In this document: positions 59,219-64,000 of the stretch, one piece after another | Numbering within the stretch: position 1 is the first letter of the stretch | Layout of the letters: each line of letters opens with the position of its first letter | Source of the DNA: Macrostomum hystrix | Taxonomy: Eukaryota > Animalia > Platyhelminthes | Direction: 5' to 3' | DNA length: 64,000 nt | Assembly (NCBI GenBank): GCA_950097015.1 | Contig: CATNEN010000014.1 | Span: 1,612,001-1,676,000 of the forward strand | Made by a program: the position numbers and the translations under genes | The notes under the pieces: generated by a model | Database searches by the model: none | The model's input: only the letters and a program-made list of their open reading frames with translations | Told to the model about the DNA's origin: nothing

Positions 59219-60024
59219 TTGTTTGCGAGCCGTTGGTATTTTTTTCTTTGGTTTTCTTTTCCCACTTAAAATCATGATTCGAATGATTTTGGATGGCATA
59301 GCATGAGTAATTAGGATTGTATTATAAAGTTTTTCCCTGACAGCATAAATTATCGAGGAAACAGCAAGTATTTGTCCAGAACCTTCATCAAATGTTGAGA
59401 GTAGCATGATTTATTGTGGGGCTAGCATTATCGTTGAGTAGAATGAATTATTGAGGAGGAAGCATACATTTTCGAGTGTTTGCTAATATAGTATATCCTT
59501 ATTCCTCAGCCCCCATTCAGTCACTCCCTCAGGCCTCATTCAGTCACTCCCTCAGGCCTCATTCAGTCACTACTTCAGGCCTTATTCAGGAAGGAATATG
59601 TATTTGTTTGCTTATTTGCAGTAAAGTGCATCATTGGATATTTATTAGCCTGTTTGTGTCTAAGTTTGATTATTCTGTGTACATGCAGCAGCGGCTCAGT
59701 TGATTTGCGCGAACCTTTGCAGCGCCTCTCACTCTGATTACTTAATATAGGCAGCAGCAAAAGTTGATATGCGCGAACCTTTGCAGCGCCTCTCACACTG
59801 ATTACTTAAGATGGGCAGCAGCAAAAGTTTATTTAAAAAATCGCAAAATGGGAAGGCGAAAATCTAATCTCACCTGACATGCAGAAGAAATTTGCGCTCG
59901 TAATTAAAACATCTTAGTAAAATAAAAGAAATCTGACCTACTTTAGCTACATATACTACATATACTAGTGAATAGTAGTGCGTCTGTTCACATTCAGAAA
60001 ATATCGATCAGCGCCGGGGCAGGA

Positions 60025-60426
60025 TCAGCAGTCGCCAGCTTGCTGCTGCTCATCCAGCAGCTTGAGCTCGGCGTCGGCCTCCAGAAACATTGGCTCCTGG
60101 CCGCACAGCTCTCGGTGCTGCTCCAGCAGGCTGTGCAGCTTCAGCCTGGCTGCCGCCAAGCGATGCTCAGTGTCCGGCACCATCATCTGCGACTCGCGCA
60201 GAACCTCCTGGCGCTTGTGCAGCCGGTGCTCGGCGTCATCAGCGTCCACGGCGTTGCCGATGTCCGGCGCCCCCGACTTCAACGCCTCCAGCTGGGCCTG
60301 AAGGCTGGCAGATTCAGCCTTGTACACCTGCAGCTCCTTTACCAGGCGGCGAATCACACCTGTGTAGATGCGCACCTGCTTCATGGCGGCAGCTACCATC
60401 GGCGATGGGGTGGAAGTCAGAGACAT
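60025..60426 (-). CDS. TBCA: Tubulin-specific chaperone A (cofactor A), intronless
   Basis: KQVRIYTGVIRRLVKE...KRQEVLRESQMMVPDTEHRL matches TBCA RQIKIKTGVVKRLVKE...KQAEILQESRMMIPDCQRRL. Confidence 0.88.
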   Translation of the reverse strand: MSLTSTPSPMVAAAMKQVRIYTGVIRRLVKELQVYKAESASLQAQLEALKSGAPDIGNAVDADDAEHRLHKRQEVLRESQMMVPDTEHRLAAARLKLHSLLEQHRELCGQEPMFLEADAELKLLDEQQQAGDC

Positions 60427-60724
60427 CGTGGAGTCCAGTTGCTGCTGCTGTTGCTTCTTATTTAAATAAGCTTTTGGCTGTCCCTTTGAGAATTTTAACT
60501 ATTTTACTCTCTTCCTCTGCTAAAGATATCTCCTTGTATTTCAATCCAAAGCCTAGACTGTTGCGTTCTAGACGAGTTGGCAGAAAACAATAGTCTATGG
60601 CCGCTAGAGGTGCCTCTTCTGTTAGCAAAAAATAAAAGTGCACTGTAAGCTTTTTCTCATGGACATCTATATGCAACACCTGGACTGAAAGCCGGAAAAA
60701 ACTCGCGATTGTTTTACCTGATGA

Positions 60725-61213
60725 GGCTGAGTACAGCGTGTTTAGCTGAGTACAGCGTGTTTAGCTGAGTACAGTGTGTTTAGCTGAGTACAGTGTGTTT
60801 AGCTGAGTACAGTGAGTTTAGCTGAGTACAGTGTGTTTAGCTGAGTACAGTGTGTTTAGCTGAGTACAGTGTGTTTAGCTGAGTACAGCGTGTTTAGCTG
60901 AGTACAGTGTGTTTAGCTGAGTAAAGCGTGTTTAGCTGAGTACAGTGTGTTTAGCTGAGTACAGCGTGTTTAGCTGAGTACAGTGTGTTTAGCTGAGTAC
61001 AGTGTGTTTAGCTGAGTACAGTGTGTTTAGCTGAGTACAGTGTGTTTAGCTGAGTACAGTGTGTTTAGCTGAGTACAGTGAGTTTAGCTGAGTACAGTGT
61101 GTTTAGCTGAGTACAGTGTGTTTAGCTGAGTACAGCGTGTTTAGCTGAGTACAGCGTGTTTAGCTGAGTACAGCGTGTTTAGCTGAGTACAGCGTGTTTA
61201 GCTGAGTACAGCG
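60725..61213. repeat. 19-bp minisatellite, ~25 copies
   Basis: Unit tagctgagtacag(t/c)gtgtt. Confidence 0.97.
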
Positions 61214-61871
61214 GCTCAGAAAATTTGCGCTTACTCTTGAGACGTCACACATCTCAGTGCGCTACCATGCCAGCCACGCAGATCGAATTTGGTGGAAAAC
61301 AATGGGATAGCGAAGCTTGCCAGCCAACGTTTGCCAGCGAGACATTAGCCAGCCGAACTTTGCATGCCCCTCAGATCAAACAGCGATGGCAAACTTCGTA
61401 GAACCCGAAAACAATATCGAGATGACCATGCTTTTCAACCCATAAATTCTTACGATTAGGAACTTTTACCACAATTTTATTCTATCCCGCCCTGACCTCC
61501 GCAACCGCGTCAGGCCGATCGGCACTTTCAGGATAACAGCAGAAAGACCACGTATGTATTAAAAAACACTTTTTTCTTTTCTTTTGTCTGTATCTCCGAA
61601 AATATTCAACATATACTATGAAAAGCCATGAAAATCGCGAACACTCTATTCGATGTAACGACTTTCAAAATCACAAAGCATCGGCATCAACAAGATATTC
61701 AACGATTCTCGTCGAAAACTTATGCGAGAATCGAAAAAATTTTCTGCTCACAAAATTTCATTACGTAACTATGACGGCTACTATTGCTGCTTTTATATTG
61801 ATTAACTCGCTAAATTATATCATAGAATACGAGCTCGCAAATATAGATTCGCCATGAAGGTTTCTACAGAC

Positions 61872-61947
61872 GGGGGCGAGTGGGTCAGCGGCTAGCGTCG
61901 CTGCCTCGCACTCCAATGGACGCTAGTTCGATTCCCCCTTCAAGTCA
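61872..61947 (+). mobile_element. tRNA-derived SINE head
   Basis: A box TGGGTCAGCGG and B box GTTCGATTCC. Not a foldable canonical tRNA by eye. Confidence 0.55.
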
Positions 61948-62973
61948 CGATTAATTTCGGTTTAGACAGTAGCGACCGGCGGAGGTGCACCATATTTCGT
62001 GCAATCAAAGCTTGAAATAATAGCTTCGCTCCTTGTGCCTGTTCTGCGTTGTGTGAGTTATTTGCGTTGGCGCTGGGGCGTGAGGCCTTGCGGGGTGGCT
62101 GGGGGGGACGGGTGTACACCGCCGCGCGCTTTCTGGATTTCCGTCAGCGCGATTGGATAAGTGTACACTCATCACCCGGTCCCCGCTGAGGACTGATTTA
62201 TCAGCCTTCCGCCCCGGCTTGGTCTGCTCTGTGCGTGTGGGTGTAGGTGTGGGGGGCACTGCTGCCTATTCTGGGTGCCTCCTGCCCTCCCCAGCTGGTC
62301 TGTGCTGCCGTGTGTGGTGCCTGCTCAGGGGAGGCGGTGCGATGGTCGCTAAGCGCCTAGTTCGCCGGTCTGGGGCGTGCCGCTCCGTCGCTTGTGCGAC
62401 AAGTGCCCGGGCCCCCCTGCAAATACATAGAGAATGTTTATACATAGCAATTTTGGTTGGGTCTTCGATAAGAATCACTGAATATCTTGACAATGCTAAC
62501 TTTGAAAGTAAGCACATCGTAAGGGGTGTAAAATTTAGATCCACATGATGGACTTTCACGAATATCGGCCATTCTGTTTGGGAGCTATCGTGAAGTATAT
62601 GAAGTATGCAAAGTATGAAGTATATGCACTGCAACACAGCTGCATTGTATTAGGGAGAAGCGACAGAAAATGAGCAGCCAGAAAAGCTGCCAGTCTCAAG
62701 ACATGGACACCAGCATCATAAATATTTTTGCTGATTTTAGCTGTTGGCAAATTAATGATTGGAACATGTGTAGTAAAATACTCGTATCTGTGTTTAAATT
62801 AGAGGTGCAAAACAGGAAAGCAAAATAATAATTACACTTTTCGCGAGACCTCGGTACAAACTCTCGATGCTAGCTTGGTTTCTTAGAAACACTTCATTTA
62901 CGCTCGTACTATAGACAGGTATATTTAATGCTGTTAATAGGCTAAAATGCAAATAAGCAAATTATCAGTGTCA

Positions 62974-64000
62974 CTAATCATCGATGCAGTCCCCTAGCAC
63001 ATCGGGGCAGTAGGGCAGGAATCCCGCACAATTGTCCGAGCCGCACAGGCAGGCCAGCATGCGGCGGTGGACGTCAGGAGGGGGCGGCGGCCCGTAGGAG
63101 ATGGTGAGCTCCTCGCCGGGCTGGACGGGCCGTCTAGCGAACAGCGCCAGCCACGGGATCTCGGAGTCGATGCGAACTGGTACCACGGACACGTTGGGCG
63201 AACAGCTGTGGTTAAGGTACCTAGCGGGGTGGCTGGACTCGCTGGCGTCAACGATTGTCAGCTGCTGGCTTTGCTGACCCTCAGCGGACAGCCGCTTTGT
63301 TAACGGCTGGTCATGGAGATCTTCGGCTGACACATAGAGCCGCTTTCGCAGCTGATCTGACTGCTGTTGCTGGCCTGCAGTCAGCTGATCTGACTGCTGT
63401 TGCTGGCCTGCAGTCAGCTGATCTGACTGCTGTTGCTGGCCTGCAGTCAGCCGATCTGACTGCTGTTGCTGGCCTGCAGTCAGCTGATCTGACTGCTGTT
63501 GCTGGCCTGCAGTCAGCTGATCTGACTGCTGTTGCTGGCCTGCAGTCAGCCGATCTGACTGCTGTTGCTGGCCTGCAGTCAGCTGATCTGACTGCTGTTG
63601 CTGGCCTGCAGTCAGCTGATCTGACTGCTGTTGCTGGCCTGCAGTCAGCTGATCTGACTGCTGTTGCTGGCCTGCAGTCAGCTGATCTGACTGCTGTTGC
63701 TGGCCTGCAGTCAGCTGATCTGACTGCTGTTGCTGGCCTGCAGTCAGCTGATCTGACTGCTGTTGCTGGCCTGCAGTCAGCTGATCAGGCTGTTGCTGCT
63801 GACACGTCTGTGCCAGCTCAGCTTGTGTCGACTGCACCATCAGCCGCTCTCGCAGTACGAAAATGAAGTTGCCGCAGCCGGTGCCACGCAGCGCCTCTCT
63901 GCGCAGCATCTCGGTTGGGCTAATGACTTCGCCCGGATAAACGCCCACGAAATCACCTGGCTGGAGGCCGACGCGAGTTCGCGCCCCGAGTCCAGCCGGG
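62974..64000 (-). CDS. SET + post-SET histone-lysine methyltransferase, SETMAR-like C-terminal part; 5' end lies beyond the window
   Basis: Frame stays open to the window edge (GLGARTRVGLQPGDFVGVYPGEVI). RYLNHSCSPN..VPVRIDS..LALFA..GEELTISYG and post-SET CLCGSDNCAGFLP. Confidence 0.9.
   Translation of the reverse strand, partial: PAGLGARTRVGLQPGDFVGVYPGEVISPTEMLRREALRGTGCGNFIFVLRERLMVQSTQAELAQTCQQQQPDQLTAGQQQQSDQLTAGQQQQSDQLTAGQQQQSDQLTAGQQQQSDQLTAGQQQQSDQLTAGQQQQSDQLTAGQQQQSDRLTAGQQQQSDQLTAGQQQQSDQLTAGQQQQSDRLTAGQQQQSDQLTAGQQQQSDQLTAGQQQQSDQLRKRLYVSAEDLHDQPLTKRLSAEGQQSQQLTIVDASESSHPARYLNHSCSPNVSVVPVRIDSEIPWLALFARRPVQPGEELTISYGPPPPPDVHRRMLACLCGSDNCAGFLPYCPDVLGDCIDD
63349..63800. repeat. 33-bp coding tandem repeat x~14 (QQQQSDQLTAG)
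   Basis: Plus-strand unit ctgatctgactgctgttgctggcctgcagtcag. Confidence 0.96.

Noticed and set aside
59968-60593. Plus-strand ORFs of 107-167 aa
   Set aside because: They are antisense shadows of TBCA.
61872-61947. Genuine tRNA gene
   Set aside because: It has A and B boxes but no convincing acceptor or anticodon stems, so it is treated as a SINE head, as is 52470-52546.

Overview
This is eukaryotic (invertebrate metazoan-like) genomic DNA, dominated by transposable elements and minisatellites. The spliceosomal introns, LTR, non-LTR and DNA transposons, and the TBCA and SET genes point to this. A flatworm such as Macrostomum is a guess from composition only. The centrepiece is a complete 16,067-bp Polinton/Maverick (adintovirus-like endogenous dsDNA virus) at 17824-33890. 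It has ~497-bp TIRs starting AGTAGT, a CAGGAC target-site duplication and uninterrupted ORFs for protein-primed PolB (apparently spliced), integrase, packaging ATPase, maturation protease, major and minor capsid proteins and a basic core protein. Unusually, it also carries a divergent TATA-binding protein (TBP)-like gene, a tandem PC4/Sub1-like gene and a Cys-rich/acidic ORF, which together suggest a virus-borne transcription module. The Polinton sits 51 bp inside the left end of an otherwise intact CACTA/EnSpm-type transposon (17773-39321, AG TSD). That transposon in turn appears to sit inside a solo LTR (17686-40134, TATT TSD). Elsewhere there are decayed Ty3/Gypsy, BEL/Pao and RNase H-bearing non-LTR retroelements, solo LTRs, MITEs, tRNA-derived SINE heads and many tandem arrays. 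Three host-like genes are present: an Ig-domain surface protein, tubulin cofactor A, and a SETMAR-like SET domain split by an in-frame 33-bp repeat. All homology calls come from motifs recognised by eye; no database searches were run.
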